From: Octopus vulgaris
Lineage: Eukaryota
DNA: 64,000 nt
Direction of reading: 5' to 3'
NCBI GenBank assembly: GCA_951406725.2
Contig: OX597830.1
Location: forward strand, 44,826,001-44,890,000
How positions within the stretch are numbered: the first letter of the stretch is position 1; each line of letters opens with the position of its first letter. This document shows positions 1 to 13,237 of the stretch, one piece after another. The position numbers and the translations under genes were made by a program. The notes beneath the pieces are model-generated. The model ran no database searches. It was not told the DNA's origin and saw only the letters and a program-made list of their open reading frames with translations.

Positions 1-499
1 ACACTTTCTGCAGCCCTTATGGACCACCTGAACTCTTTTGGTACAAGGGTTAGGGTTAGGGTTTTGGACGCATCGCTGGATTATGGGTTACCACTGGTTG
101 CATTTCGTACTCAGTCAATGATTCTACTCAGAGAGTGGGCTGCATCTTGTTACTTGTATGATTCGGGAATGTCAGCTGAGGGCATTTGGTCATGTTGCTG
201 GACTTCTAGAGTTTGATCTTGTGTGTCATGTTCTCTTCTCTGTAGATCCAGATGGAGTGACGGTTCGTGTTGGTTGGACACATGCCTCATGGTCACGGCT
301 AGTGATCAAGTATTTCCAGCTGATGGGAACTGACTGGGATACTGCTCAGAGGAATACCCTAATACTCGAGACGATTCGGTAAAATACAGAAAACGGTGAA
401 CGCAGCGATGCACTGTAACGGCGCCTGTCCCCATACCTGACCTGACTTAGGATAATAAGATTAATAATGAAGATAATCAAGAAATAGAGTTATAAACAA

Positions 500-795
500 T
501 CACCATAAATCATGAAACCTTTTACATGCTCCAGAATAAAGGACAAATCAGAACAACGAGGTTCCGAGATATAAATAATTATTGGACAAGCCTATCAAAC
601 ATATATCCCAATGATAAGCTACCGAAAGGATATCGCCATAGTCAAGCTTCCACGCAGTTTCCATATGCCAAATTCACTCAGAAGGATTTTATATTCAGTT
701 GCATCTCGGAGTTCCATGGGCTTCACTTTCTCTCGTGTTTATTCGGTATTTCGTATCAATCGCCTGTTCTTGGACATCAAATGCACTGCTTTGAA
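500..795 (-). mobile_element. Degraded Dong/R4-like LINE 3' relic
   Basis: AFDVQEQAIDTKYRI resembles AFAIQEQEISTKYLI at ~24110. Confidence 0.5.
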
Positions 796-809
796 TGTAT
801 GTATGTGTG

Positions 810-840
<31 letters not shown>

Positions 841-939
841 GTATGTATGTATGTATGTATGTATGTATGTATGTATGTATGTATGTATGTATGTATGCAT
901 GCATGCATGTATGTGTGTATATGTATAAATTATAATTGA

Positions 940-1190
940 GGATATCTAAAAGATAGCACCATGCTAGAGATAACAGTTAAATCTTGATTTTAAAACCACA
1001 TCAATTATTCATACAGCACCATGGAGAAAAGACAAAGAGACAAATAAACTAACAAAATATTACTGGATATTAATATTTTGCCAGTTCATTTGTCTGTCTT
1101 TTCTCCAAAATGCTGTATAAATACATGATGTGGTTTTAGAATCAAGTTTTCACTGCTATCTCTAGCATGGTGGTGTCATTTAGATACCCT
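940..1190. repeat. Imperfect ~250-bp inverted repeat, probably a Penelope-type terminal relic
   Basis: caccatgctagagata...aaaaccacatca...ggagaaaagaca mirrored by tgtcttttctcc...tgatgtggtttt...tatctctagcatggtg. Confidence 0.7.
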
Positions 1191-1296
1191 TTATCATAAT
1201 TTCAATAGTAATTATTACCTATAAGGTTTTTATTCCCATGCTAGCCACTTGATATGATCGGTATTTTAAATAACGATTTTATCCTTATTTATATAA

Positions 1297-1370
<74 letters not shown>

Positions 1371-1416
1371 CTAAGATCAAAGTCTAATATCTACCCTTAA
1401 CAATTTAATATATATA

Positions 1417-1757
1417 GGACAGCGGACTCGCGGTTTCGATGCCCAGATTTGAATATTGTGAATGCTTATTGAGCGAAAACACCTAAAGCCCCACGACGTT
1501 CCTTCAGGGGTGGTGGCGAACCCTGATGTACTCTTTCACCACAACTTTCTCTCACTTTTTGCTCCTGTTTCTGTTGTACCTGTATTTCAAAGGACCAGCC
1601 ATGTCACACTCTGTGTCACGCTGAATCTCCCAGAGAACTACACTAAGGGCACACGTGTCTTTGGAGTGCTCAGCCACTTGCACATTAATTTCACGAACAG
1701 GCTGTTACGTTGATCGAATCAATAGGAACCCTCGTCGTCGTAACCGATGGAGTGCGA
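1417..1757 (+). mobile_element. SINE-like interspersed repeat
   Basis: B-box-like ggtttcgatgccc followed by a GC-richer body resembling cephalopod SINEs. Confidence 0.55.
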
Positions 1758-2117
1758 CGAGTAGATAATAAATAGATACAAGCTCATACAAGCAACACTG
1801 AGAAATAAATATGAATACAAAACATAGTTTCCTAAAATACAACATGCGTTTGAAACTCAATAACGCAATCGATGGAATGTCGATTTCTAATAGTTGCGTA
1901 ATCTGTATTATTCTGTTGGCTTGCAGGGAACAAAGGAACCTAATCGATATAATCCATTAGAGACAGGACCAAATCGATATAATTCATTAGAGATACAAAA
2001 GAAATATTTATATTATTCAAATGATAAAGTCAGGTATAAATAAATAGTTCGCTTTCATATCATGATATTTGAAATAATGACATGGTATATCTATCCATCT
2101 GTCTGTCTCTCTATCTG

Positions 2118-2217
<100 letters not shown>

Positions 2218-2235
2218 TATAAATGTATATATATA

Positions 2236-2280
<45 letters not shown>

Positions 2281-3430
2281 TTATATATATATATATATAA
2301 ATACACATATTATATATGCATATGTATATGCATGTATGTATGTATGTATATATATTAATTTAGAGATAATAAGCCCCTACATCTCACCAAATAAAAATAA
2401 TTTTTTATTTTTATTTTAAATACATACTGTTTATTATTTGGCAACACGTGTTTCATGAGGTACATCCTCGGGTTCCTAAACCACTCCGTGTTTCCCTGGA
2501 ACCCCTCCCAAAATTCCACCCCAATCATCAGGCCCTATATAACTTTATCAACGTTCAATACAATAAACTATATTTTAATATTTTTAAACCCTTAAGTATG
2601 TGTAAAATAGGTATGTTTAAATTAGTTTCGCTGGACTCTACAGTACAAGCCATAATTCAGATAAAAATTCAAATAAAGATAAAAAGTTACAAAAATAAAA
2701 GTTACACGAATTACTTTCATTTTTATTCACATTTTTTTTTAGATATTATTAACATAGTATTTGTAAACTTAATTTTATTTGGAACACTATATATTACTAA
2801 CATAGTTGTTGTACATTTTCGTTTTTTTTTTATATAGATTTTTTATTCCTTACTTTATTCGTGTAAATTTTATTGCCGGAATTTTTATTCCCTAAAAAAT
2901 AATATGTTTCTAGTGTTTTGTACATGTCCTAAGTTCTCATTAGAAAAGATTAAATGGAACTGAAAAATTTTGACGTTGGCCAACAGAGGTAATGAGATTG
3001 GCATGGCGATGATTTCCGCTCATTGGTGCCCGTATCGCTGTGACGATGACACCATATCTGATGTTGATGGAGTTCTTTGACCAACAGCATGAAAGCTTCC
3101 AAACACTGCAACATCAGAGAAAGAAGTGTGTGCGCTTCAAGGAGTCCCATGTTGAAAAAAAAATTCATTTGGTTACATTCCATGAAATTAAACTGATCAG
3201 GCTATGAACTTTTCAGCCGATCCTGGTATCATTGGTTTCAACCATTATTTTGCTAAAACTATCGGTATTCTTGAAACCTTGTGTATGGTACATGCATACA
3301 TGCATACATACACATACATACATACCTATATCCATACATACATACATACAGATATACATACATACATATGCATACATGCATACAAACGTACATATGTACA
3401 TACATACACCTCACATATATACATACATGC

Positions 3431-3461
<31 letters not shown>

Positions 3462-3837
3462 CATACATACATACATACATACATACATACATACCTAAAT
3501 GCATACATAAACACACCTTACATGCATACATATGCATATATACATACATGCACGTATCCATTCCATCAATGGAACTGTAAACATCTGCAAAATTTTCCAG
3601 AATTTATCATTTAAATATTTGTGAGCGTGTCTAGATATGCCTGGGAATACACACATACAAAACATACAAATCTGCACATATACATACACACATACATACA
3701 TACATACATACATACATACATACATACATACATACATACATGCATACATACTAAAATACGAAAATACCCTGTTGTTGATGTTGAAATTTCAATGAAGGAG
3801 CCTTGAATGTGTGTGTGTGTGCGCGCGCGTGTGTGAA

Positions 3838-4093
3838 GGAACGTGGAGTAGTGGTTAGGGTGTTTGCTCACAGGATCATTAGATAATGAGTTCGATTCCC
3901 AGACCTAGCAGCGCATTGTCTCCTTGAGCACAACATTACATTTTACGTTATTCTAGTTCATTCAACTGTAAATGAGTAACTCTGTGGCGGAACAACCACT
4001 CAGAGTGTCGTCATTCGAAAGCAGAAAACAATGGAATGCGCATTGTGACCAGCGATGTATAACAACATTCAATAGTCTGGTCGATTCTGTGAT
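3838..4093 (+). mobile_element. tRNA-derived SINE (duplicate at ~8063-8318)
   Basis: A box gtagtggttaggg, B box gagttcgattccc, CORE-like tgtctccttgagca. Confidence 0.7.
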
Positions 4094-4391
4094 GTGCGCG
4101 TGCGTATGTGTGTGTGAGAGTCTATCATTTAATCTTCTTCCGTCAAGCTAAGTGGATTGTACGCCAATACGTCAATACCTTTTAATATAAATATAAATAA
4201 ATTAGTAAATTATATCTGGGTCATCTGATAATGATTAATCGATACGAAGTTCATATAATAATCATCCTTCATTAAGAAGATAGATTTATACTAGTAACAT
4301 CTCCAAATTGACAGTCATTTCTACTTAGAAAACAGACAAGATGTTGCAGTGGAATTATTTTGAATATAAACTTTTTTTGTTTAATTACTCA

Positions 4392-4783
4392 TTTCTACTA
4401 ATGGCACAAGGCCTGAAATTGGCCAAGGGGACTAGTCGATCACATCTACACCTGTGATTGACTGGTTCTTAATTTATCAACGCCGAGAGGATGGAAGACA
4501 AAGTCGACCTCGGCGACATTTGATCTCAGAAAGTAGCAATGGGTGAAATACCTATTTCTTTACTACCCACAAGGGACTAACACAGAGGGGACAAACAAGG
4601 ACAGACAGACGTATCAAGTCGATTATTTCAACCCCAGTGCGTAACTGGTACTTAATTTTTAGTCCCCGAAAGGATGAAATGCAAAGTCGACCTCGGTGGA
4701 ATTTGAACTCATAACGTAACGGCAGACGAAATACCGCTAAGCATTTCGTCCGTCGTGCTCACGGTTCTACCAACTCGCCGCCT
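4392..4783 (-). mobile_element. Two nested/tandem tRNA-derived SINE copies
   Basis: Repeated aaagtcgacctcgg...tttgaactc motif; same family at 7330, 8625, 23225, 43590 and 62480. Confidence 0.8.
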
Positions 4784-4802
4784 TTTTTTTGTTACATCAA
4801 TA

Positions 4803-5526
4803 TCTATAAAGCTGAAATGCGAAAAAGTTATTTGTCTCATTTTGGGATGGGAACAGTAGATAGAGTTGGATTGGCGCCAAAATTTACTGGGACATGTAAA
4901 AAGAGGCGAGGAAACGACTGGACTAGGTTAGACACCCCTATCTCAAAAGCTGTGGTTCTTAGGGCAACAAAACCCAAAGTTTTACAAGTGTTTGTCGTTT
5001 TTCTCTTTCGGATATCACTCTGTCTTCCTCGATCTCTTTCTTTCCTTCCTTTAAACTGCCAGCATGTTGCTGTACGCCGTTAAGAAGTTTTGAATGTCAG
5101 CCATGGTGAGTCTACTATCCTCAGGTTCTATCCCTTCAAACTTTGGTTTCCAATATTTTTTTAATTTTTATTCAGCTCGCATGTTCGTCTGTCCCTTTTA
5201 AATGTTAGTGCTTTGCTGTCCGCCTTGAAGCAGACCTTTCCGTTGTCACTGCCTGATATTTATGATTGATCTTTCAAAGTATTTTCTTTCTCAACTTATT
5301 CAAGATCTTTTCTTCTTTATAAATGGGAGAGATAGATAGAGAAAGATAGAGAGTAAGAGAAAGCGAGGGAGATTCCGAAAGAAAGGAAGAGTAAGAGAGT
5401 GGGAAAGTGAGAGAGAAAGGAGAGAGAAACAAAGAGGGAGAATGTAGCGATAAGAAATAGAAAGGAAGCAAAAGAAAGTAAAAACCAGACACTCACCCGC
5501 GCGTAGAGCTTGTCACCTTAAGCTAG
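4803..5526 (+). mobile_element. Non-autonomous Helitron-like element 1
   Basis: 5' A|TC; 3' end cacccgcgcgtagagc...aagCTAG|T; termini shared with the adjacent copy. Confidence 0.65.
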
Positions 5527-5532
5527 TCAATA

Positions 5533-6196
5533 TCTAGAAAACTGAAATGCGAAAAAGTTGTTTGATTTCTTGGTTATTTGTCTCATTTTGGGATGGGAAC
5601 GGTTTAAGGGGCGGTAGATGGGGTCGGATTGGTGCCATAATTTACACCGGGAGGGTTAAAATGGGGTAGGCAATGGTGTGAGGAGAGTTGTAAGTCGCTC
5701 AGGGCTACCGTTTGGGGAAAATTGAGTTTTATGGGATAGACATGTTGCGCTGTTTGAATAATGGTGGTTTTTCGTGTTGCTGCAGGGGCTAGAGGCGGTT
5801 ATCTTTAATCTAATCTATAAAATGAAGAAGGCGAACGTTGATACAAATTGGATTTTTATGTAAATGGGGCTGGAAGGGGATCCAAATTTACAGGAGCGGG
5901 TAACTTGAGGTGAGAAATTGATTGGGAGACGTTTTGGGGCGCTACAGTGGTTGCTTTGCTGTGAAAACGGGGATTTTATTGATTTTTGAGAACACTTGGG
6001 GATCTAGATTGGACACCTTTTGCCCGATTTCAATCAAATTTTCAACATGGTAAAATGGAAGCGGATTTGTAATTTAAGCGCAGAAAAAGGGTTCGAAATT
6101 TTGAAAATTAGGGTAAGATTTAAGAAACAGAAAGGAAGCTACAGAAAGTAACAACCACACCCTCACCCGCGCGTAGAGCGGGTCACCTTAAGCTAG
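5533..6196 (+). mobile_element. Non-autonomous Helitron-like element 2
   Basis: 5' A|TC; subterminal hairpin ACCCGC-gcgtaga-GCGGGT, then CTAG|T. Confidence 0.72.
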
Positions 6197-6559
6197 TGTA
6201 TATATATGTGTGTGTGTGCATGTGTTTCGTTGTGAGTGTGCGTGTGTATGTGTGAGTGTGTGGGGGGGTCAACTTCCATTGTGCATTTACGTATTTCATT
6301 TAGAAGTTTTTCTGTTTTGTTTGCTTGCTATTATATTTCCCACAAATTTTGTGACGGAAGTCTGCAGTTTTACTTGTATCAAAGTACCAGTTATTCTACC
6401 CATTTAAAACTCTTCTCTGCCGCTCAGTCGGTCTATTTTTATACCTACCCTCATTTTATACATACCCTCATTCATTTATACCTACCCTCATTTTATACAT
6501 ACCCTCATTCATCCCTATTCTATTTATTGTTACACACATATACACTACACACACACATA

Positions 6560-7094
6560 AACTCACACAAGTACACACAAACACACTCTGTTTCACATAC
6601 ACGCACACCCACATGGACAATGATATTCTCAAAGAGTAGGGGTTGCGTTCCAGCCTCATCAACGGTGCAAAAGTACGCAACTGAATTTAGGATAGGAAAG
6701 GAGAGGCTTGAAGAGACCCAAAAACCTGGACGACCTGCAGCTTCGAAGCCGGAGGAAAATATTGGTTGTATTCTGCTGATAGGTGACAGGCGATTGTCTT
6801 TAAATCAAATATCCAATGTTGTTAGCATATCCCGTGTGAGAGTTGAGAATATTCCACACTATTAGATTGGCATGGCGATGGTTTCCGCTCATTAGTGCCC
6901 GTATCGCTGTGACGATGACACCATATCTGGTGCTGATGGAGTTTTTTCACCAACAGCATGAAAGCTACCAAACACTGCAGCATCAATAAAAGAAGTGTGT
7001 GAGCTTCAAGGGGTCCCATGTTGGAAAATAAAACTTTTGTTATACTCCTCAAAATTAAACTTCTCAGCCTATGAACTTTTCAGCCGATTCTGGA
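6560..7094 (+). mobile_element. Degenerate, internally deleted mariner
   Basis: STVQKYATEFRIGKERLEETQKPGRP...DRRLSLNQISNVVSISRVRVENI (mariner HTH region); 3' end gaacttttcagccg. Confidence 0.7.
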
Positions 7095-7167
7095 ATCATT
7101 GGTTTTTACCAATATTTTGCTAAAACTATCGGTATACTTGACAACTTGTGTGTGGTACATACATACA

Positions 7168-7201
<34 letters not shown>

Positions 7202-7329
7202 CATACATACATATATACATACATGCATACATACATCTTATATATATATATATATATATCCATACATACACCTTACATATATACATACACCTTACATACA
7301 TATATATATGTATGTATATATATATGTAT

Positions 7330-7558
7330 ATATTTCTTTACTACCCACAAGGGGCTAAACACAGTGGGGACAAACAAGGACAGACAAAGGGATTAAGTGG
7401 ATTACATCGACCCCAGTACGTAACTGGTACTTAATTTATCGACACCGAAAGGATGAAAGGCAAAGTCGACCTCGGCGGAATTTGAACTCGGAACGTAACG
7501 ACAGACGAAATACGGCTACGCATTTCGCCCGGCGTGCTAACGTTTCTGCCAGCTCGCC
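7330..7558 (-). mobile_element. Well-preserved tRNA-derived SINE
   Basis: Minus-strand head ggcgagctggcagaaacgttagcacgccggg...gagttcaaattccgccgaggtcgacttt; absent from the paralogous duplicate. Confidence 0.85.
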
Positions 7559-7559
7559 G

Positions 7560-7598
<39 letters not shown>

Positions 7599-7601
7599 GC
7601 A

Positions 7602-7635
<34 letters not shown>

Positions 7636-8868
7636 CATACATACATACATACATACATACACACACCTTACATACTTACATACATATATACATACATACA
7701 TACCTAAATGCATACATAAACACACCTTACATGCATACATATGCATATATACATACATGCACGTATCCATTCCATCAATGGAACTGTAAAGATCTGTAAA
7801 ATTTTCCAGAATTTATCATTTGAATATATGTGAGCGTGTCTAGATATGCAACTATATGCCTGGGAATACACACATACAAAACATACAAATCTGCATATAT
7901 ACATACACACATACATACATACATAAATACATACATACATACATACATACACACACACACTCATAGACAGACAGACAGACATACATACTTAGACATATGT
8001 TGTTGGTGTCGAAATTTCAATGAAGGAGCCTTGAATGTGTGTGTGCGCGCGCGCGTGTATGAAGGTACGTGGATTAGTGGTTAGGGTGCTTGCTCACAGG
8101 ACCGTTAGATAATGAGTTCGATTCTCAGACCTAGAAGCGCATTGTCTCCTTGAGCACAACATTACATTTTAGGTTTTTCTAGTCCATTCAACTGTAAATG
8201 AGTAACTCTGTGGCGGAACAACCACTCAGAGTGTCGTCATTCGAAAGCTAAAACAATGCAAAGTGCATTGTGACCAGCGATGTATAACAACATTCAATAG
8301 TCTGGTCGATTCTGTGATGTGCGCGCGTGTGTGTATGTTTGAGAGCCTATCATTTAATCTACTTACGCCATGCTAAGTGGATCGTACGTCAATACGTCAA
8401 TACCTTTTAATATAAAAATAAATAAATTAGTAAATAATGTCTGGGTCATCTGATATTGATTAATCAATACGAAGATCTTATAATGATTATACTTCGTTAA
8501 GAAGATAGATTTATACTAGTAACATCTAACTGTCAGTCATTTCTACTAAGAAAACAAACAAGATGTTGCAGAGGAATTCTCTTCAAGTTATTTTGTATAT
8601 AAACTTTTTTTTTGTATAATTAATCCTTTCTACTGAAGGCACAAGGCCTGAAATTGGCGGAGGGTGCTTGTGTATCACATTGACACCAGTGTTTTACTGG
8701 TACTTAATTTATCGACCCCGAGAGGATGAAAGTCGACCTCGGCGGTATTTGAACTCAGAATGTAGCGATGGGCGAAATATTGCTAAGCATTTTGACTGGC
8801 GTACTCACGATTCTACCAACTCGCTAACTTGCTTTGTTATATTTATATATATAAAAGAGCGTTTGTAC

Positions 8869-8899
<31 letters not shown>

Positions 8900-10210
8900 C
8901 GTGTGTTTCGCTGTGTGTGTGTGTGTGTGTGTGCGTGTGTGAGTGTGTATGTTCCTCATGCATTCAAAAACTGACTTCCCATTTTGATGTATGTGGTGTC
9001 AAAAGATTCAGTAATCTTTCGGCTACCAAATAAACTTTATTTTCATTTACATATTCGCATGACAAAAATTTATCATTATAATTTTTTTTTGTCGCCTATC
9101 TTAAACTGTATTTTGTACCACCTTGCAACGGCGACGACGTTACATTTTCTGTATACTTTTGTTTACGCTTTCGTTACGTTCGTTAGGCCGATGACCGAGA
9201 AATATATGTGTATGACGGTGTATGGATCTGTCAATACACGTACATTTTTGTTACGGCTAACACACACATACATACATCTAAAGACAGAGACAGACACATA
9301 GAGAGACAGAGATAGTCCTGAGATGTTCGTGAATGTATGCCTGTGTGTGTGTGTCTTAGTATATTATGTGACCGTACCGCCCAACAGTGAAAGGCACCGA
9401 TTTTGAAAGAGTTTAGTTTAGTTGCGGCCTGGTCGTTGAACGAACAACAGCGTTTACTTTAAAGTACCACTGTTTGAATTTTCCTTTTCATCATGGAGAT
9501 TTGCGGTTTAAACAGCATTAACGATTATCACTACCTATGTGCTGAAATATTATTCTGGCTTTTATTACTAACATGAAGATTTGGCTGATTTGACAGCACT
9601 CACAATACTCGCAAATATATCTGAAAAACAAATGTTATTCTGGATATTATAGCAAATTCGGAAACTAGGCGAATGGAAAGCCTTAGCGACTCTTTCAATA
9701 TAATTACAAAAATGTTATTCCACTCCTTATAACCAGTTTGAAGGTAATGCATTTTTAACAGTCCTTGCGTCCTTGTAGTATTCCAGCTATGCTATTTTAT
9801 CACTGAGTATTCGACGCCGCACAACCATTTTACTGCTTTAGTCACTTTTTATTCTACAGCCTATAACATTACCCAGTTAAAATATATAGTGATGTCAAAT
9901 TAATTCATGCCTTGCTACATACATCGTTCATCAAATGTTTTAAATTAATTAACGTTCACAACAGCAACATATTCCTTTGTATACACTTGTTCAGCTTTGT
10001 TCAAAATTGTAAAATAATAAATTATTTTTGTATGAAAAATTGAATTATGCTTTCTGAATTTTCTTAAAGCTTCACTTTCTTCACCGTGACATTGATTCAG
10101 TCCTGGATTTTATAACATTTTATACATGTTCCAAATAAATGTTAACTTTCATTACTTTGTTACATTGGTGACGCATAGTAACTTTTGGTAAATTGGTAAC
10201 TTTCCAACGC

Positions 10211-10613
10211 TACTCTTTTACTTGTTTCAGTCATTTGACTGCGGCCATGCTGGAGCACCGCCTTTAGTCGAGAAAATCGACCCCGGGACTTATTCTTTGT
10301 AAGCCCAGTACTTATTCTATCGGTCTCTTTTGCCGAACCGCTAAGTGACGGGGACGTAAACACACCAGCATCGGTTGTCAAGCAATGCTAGGGGGACAAA
10401 CACAGACACACAAACATATACACACACACGCATATATATACATATATACGACAGGCTTCTTTCAGTTTCCGTCTACCAAATCCACTCACAAGGCATTGGT
10501 TGGCCCGGGGCTATAGCAGAAGACACTTGCCCAAGATGCCACGCAGTGGGACTGAACCCGGAACCATGTGGTTGGTTAGCAAGCTACTTACCACACAGCC
10601 ACTCCTGCGCCTA
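10211..10613 (-). mobile_element. Full-length tRNA-derived SINE (second family)
   Basis: Minus head aggagtggctgtgtggtaagtagcttgct...ccgggttcagtccc, tail gaaacaagtaaaagagta; fragments at 13060-13230, 19206-19238, 40195-40345 and 56029-56080. Confidence 0.85.
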
Positions 10614-11289
10614 TTATATTTATTTTGGAAATATTACCTAAAAATTTTTTATAGCATAACTATGCTACAGGAGGTGCATCCCTAGGTCGGGTTGAACAGT
10701 TTTGAGGTCAATTTCGGGCAATATTTTGATTTCCTTCCAATGTTTGACTTTCATCCGGTGTTTCACGCATACATTGAATTCTATTCAGGCAAATATTTAT
10801 AAAAATGTACACATAAATATTGTATTAAAATAAGCCACAACCAAAACATTTCGTTAAAAGACATCCATTTCTCTATATGTTATGAGGAAATACAGTCACT
10901 CTCTCTCTCTCTCTCTCTCTCACGAACAAAAAAGTTGCATGCATATGTATTTATGTATGTGTATATGAAAGATAATGTGTGAGAGAGAGAGTGAGTGCCA
11001 CTTACAGATACATGAAAAAATTCATACCTTACAACATACTATCATTCATTTACTCTCTCTCTCCCTCACACACACGCACGCGCGCGCGTCCATACATCTT
11101 TCACTTTCTCTTCTCTTTCAATTTATGCTCTCTTCAAGGTATAAAGCAATAAAAAATATTTTACCGAAACTAACGAGCAATCATATGATCTCATATAATC
11201 GACCGTATGACCGAGTTGACAACTTTGCTACTTCAAACAAAAGAATGCCATAAAATAACTTCCTTTGGCATACACATGCACACATACAC

Positions 11290-12066
11290 ACACATATTGT
11301 AGTTGTAGTTCAGTCTCTCGTTGCTAGAAGGCACTTGATGCGACGCTCAGGCATCAGTCTGCGACCAACGGGATTGGATTAAGTAGTAATGTCACGTGGT
11401 CCGTCTTTGCTTTGCAGTGCTTCTCCCCTGTTCGTCGATTTTTCTGATGGCTGAAACGAAGGAACAACGTGTTTCCGTGAAATTTTGTTCTTTGTTTGGG
11501 ATAGCGGCGAGCGAAAGAGTTGTCATGCTGCAAACAGTTTACGAGGACGCTGTCATGAGCAAATCACAAGTTTACGAGTTGTTTTCACGCTTTAGGAGTG
11601 GTCACTTGTCGCTTGAAAATCAACTTCGTTCGTGGCGACCATCGACGTGATGCCCTCCGAAAAAAGATCCGGATCACCATCCAACAGTTGTTTCAGCTCA
11701 GGATACGCATTCAGTCGTGACTGCTTTTATTCTTCCGTGAGCAAGTGAGACGCAAATTTTGCTACAACTCTTTTCATTCACAATTCTTCACTGAAAATTC
11801 TTGTCCTGTCCATCCATAATGCAAAGCGTCCATAGAGGAAAACGTTTTAAAGATGTGAAAGAGATGAAGAAAAAAAAACGACGGAGGCGTTAAAAGGTGT
11901 TATTTCGCAAGAGTTTAAAGATTGCTTTGAACAGTGGAAAACGCGTCTGGACCGATGCATTACTTCAAATGGAGAATACTTTGAAGGCTATAAAAGTGTA
12001 AACATGTAAAGCTAACTGAATAAAATAATATTGCAAATTTTCGGTTCCTTTTGAATACCCCTCGTA
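11290..12066 (+). mobile_element. Internally deleted mariner
   Basis: MAETKEQRVSVKFC...MSKSQVYELFSRFRSG...RPST; 3' TIR tttgaatacccctcgTA. Confidence 0.8.
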
Positions 12067-12104
12067 TGCATACATACATACACACACACATATATGTATG
12101 TATG

Positions 12105-12156
<52 letters not shown>

Positions 12157-12454
12157 GATATGCATGTATATATATATATATATATTTACATAAATAATGA
12201 GGATGATAAATTGAATATTAATTCAATTAATATTAATTTAAAACCAGTAACCTAGCATATAGAAAAAATCTGAAAATTCAGAAAAATTGTAATACATGCG
12301 TATAATAGGGATGACCACTAAGTGGACATCCAATATGCTAGAAGAAGATCACCTACGATCTAACTACAAAGAAAAGAATGTTCTCTAGAGAAATTCAGCA
12401 AACACCAGAACCTAAGCGGGTAAGACAGATGAAAATATACAAAAAACAGAATTA

Positions 12455-12523
12455 ATCGTAGACTGATTTCGTCATCAACAATTTTACTTACGTAATCATC
12501 GTTCGTGGACTCTCCAGTACGAT
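12455..12523 (-). ncRNA. Minimal type-I hammerhead-like motif (A6G core variant)
   Basis: Minus: ATCGTA-CTGGAGA-GTC..GAC-GAAA-TCA-GTC-TACGAT; perfect 6-bp stem I. Confidence 0.55.
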
Positions 12524-12669
12524 CGTTCCAATTCAATATAATTTGTAGAACTATACACTAGTTGTCCTTATAAAATTATACGTTGTCCTTATAAAATTAA
12601 ACATTAAAAATCGTAAACAATATTATTATTGGGAAAAATTCAAAGTCTTACAGCTGTTTCTGGGATATC

Positions 12670-12769
12670 NNNNNNNNNNNNNNNNNNNNNNNNNNNNNNN
12701 NNNNNNNNNNNNNNNNNNNNNNNNNNNNNNNNNNNNNNNNNNNNNNNNNNNNNNNNNNNNNNNNNNNNN
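12670..12769. other. Assembly gap
   Basis: 100 N. Confidence 1.
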
Positions 12770-13237
12770 CTCCGAGTATGGGGGAAAAATAGGGAAAATG
12801 AAAATGGAATATATTAATGAGATGAAGTCATAGAGGAAGGGAGTAAAGGAATAAGGAGATGGAGAGAGAGAAGAAAAATGAAGCATAAAAGTTCATAGTT
12901 CAACTTTCCGATGTTATAGAAAAAAAGCATACTTGGGGATATCCCAGAAACAGCTGTAAGACTGAATTTTTTCCAATAATAATATAGTATACGACTTGAA
13001 ATGTTTGCCTTGCCTTAATGTTCGTTGTCCGCTTTAACAAGCGCGTTGTTTATGTGTGTGTGTCTGAGAATGTGTGTGTGTGTCTTTATGTCTCTTTCCC
13101 CCACCCCATCACCGCTTGAAACCAATGTTGATGCGTCACCGTAACTTAGCAGTTCGGCAAAAGCGACCCGATAGAATAAGCTCTAGACTTACTAATAATA
13201 AGTCCTGGGGTCGATTGCTTAGACTAAAATCATTTAA

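Larger units (their letters stand above)
2995..8650 (+). repeat. Local duplication: ~2995-4420 repeated at ~6863-8657
   Basis: Same order of mariner 3' end, (TACA)n, LINE tail, SINE and conserved upstream block; the second copy has an extra SINE at 7330-7558. Confidence 0.85.
12190..12990. mobile_element. Penelope-type terminal relics in inverted orientation around the assembly gap
   Basis: 12625-12669 is the reverse complement of 12938-12980; hammerhead-like motifs present. Confidence 0.55.

Noticed and set aside
47-62. GGGTTA repeats as a telomere remnant
   Set aside because: Only about 2.5 units, inside an unidentified repeat-like fragment
3838-3910. tRNA genes suggested by A/B boxes (also 7480-7558 and 10545-10613)
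   Set aside because: No complete cloverleaf; each continues into a SINE body present in multiple copies
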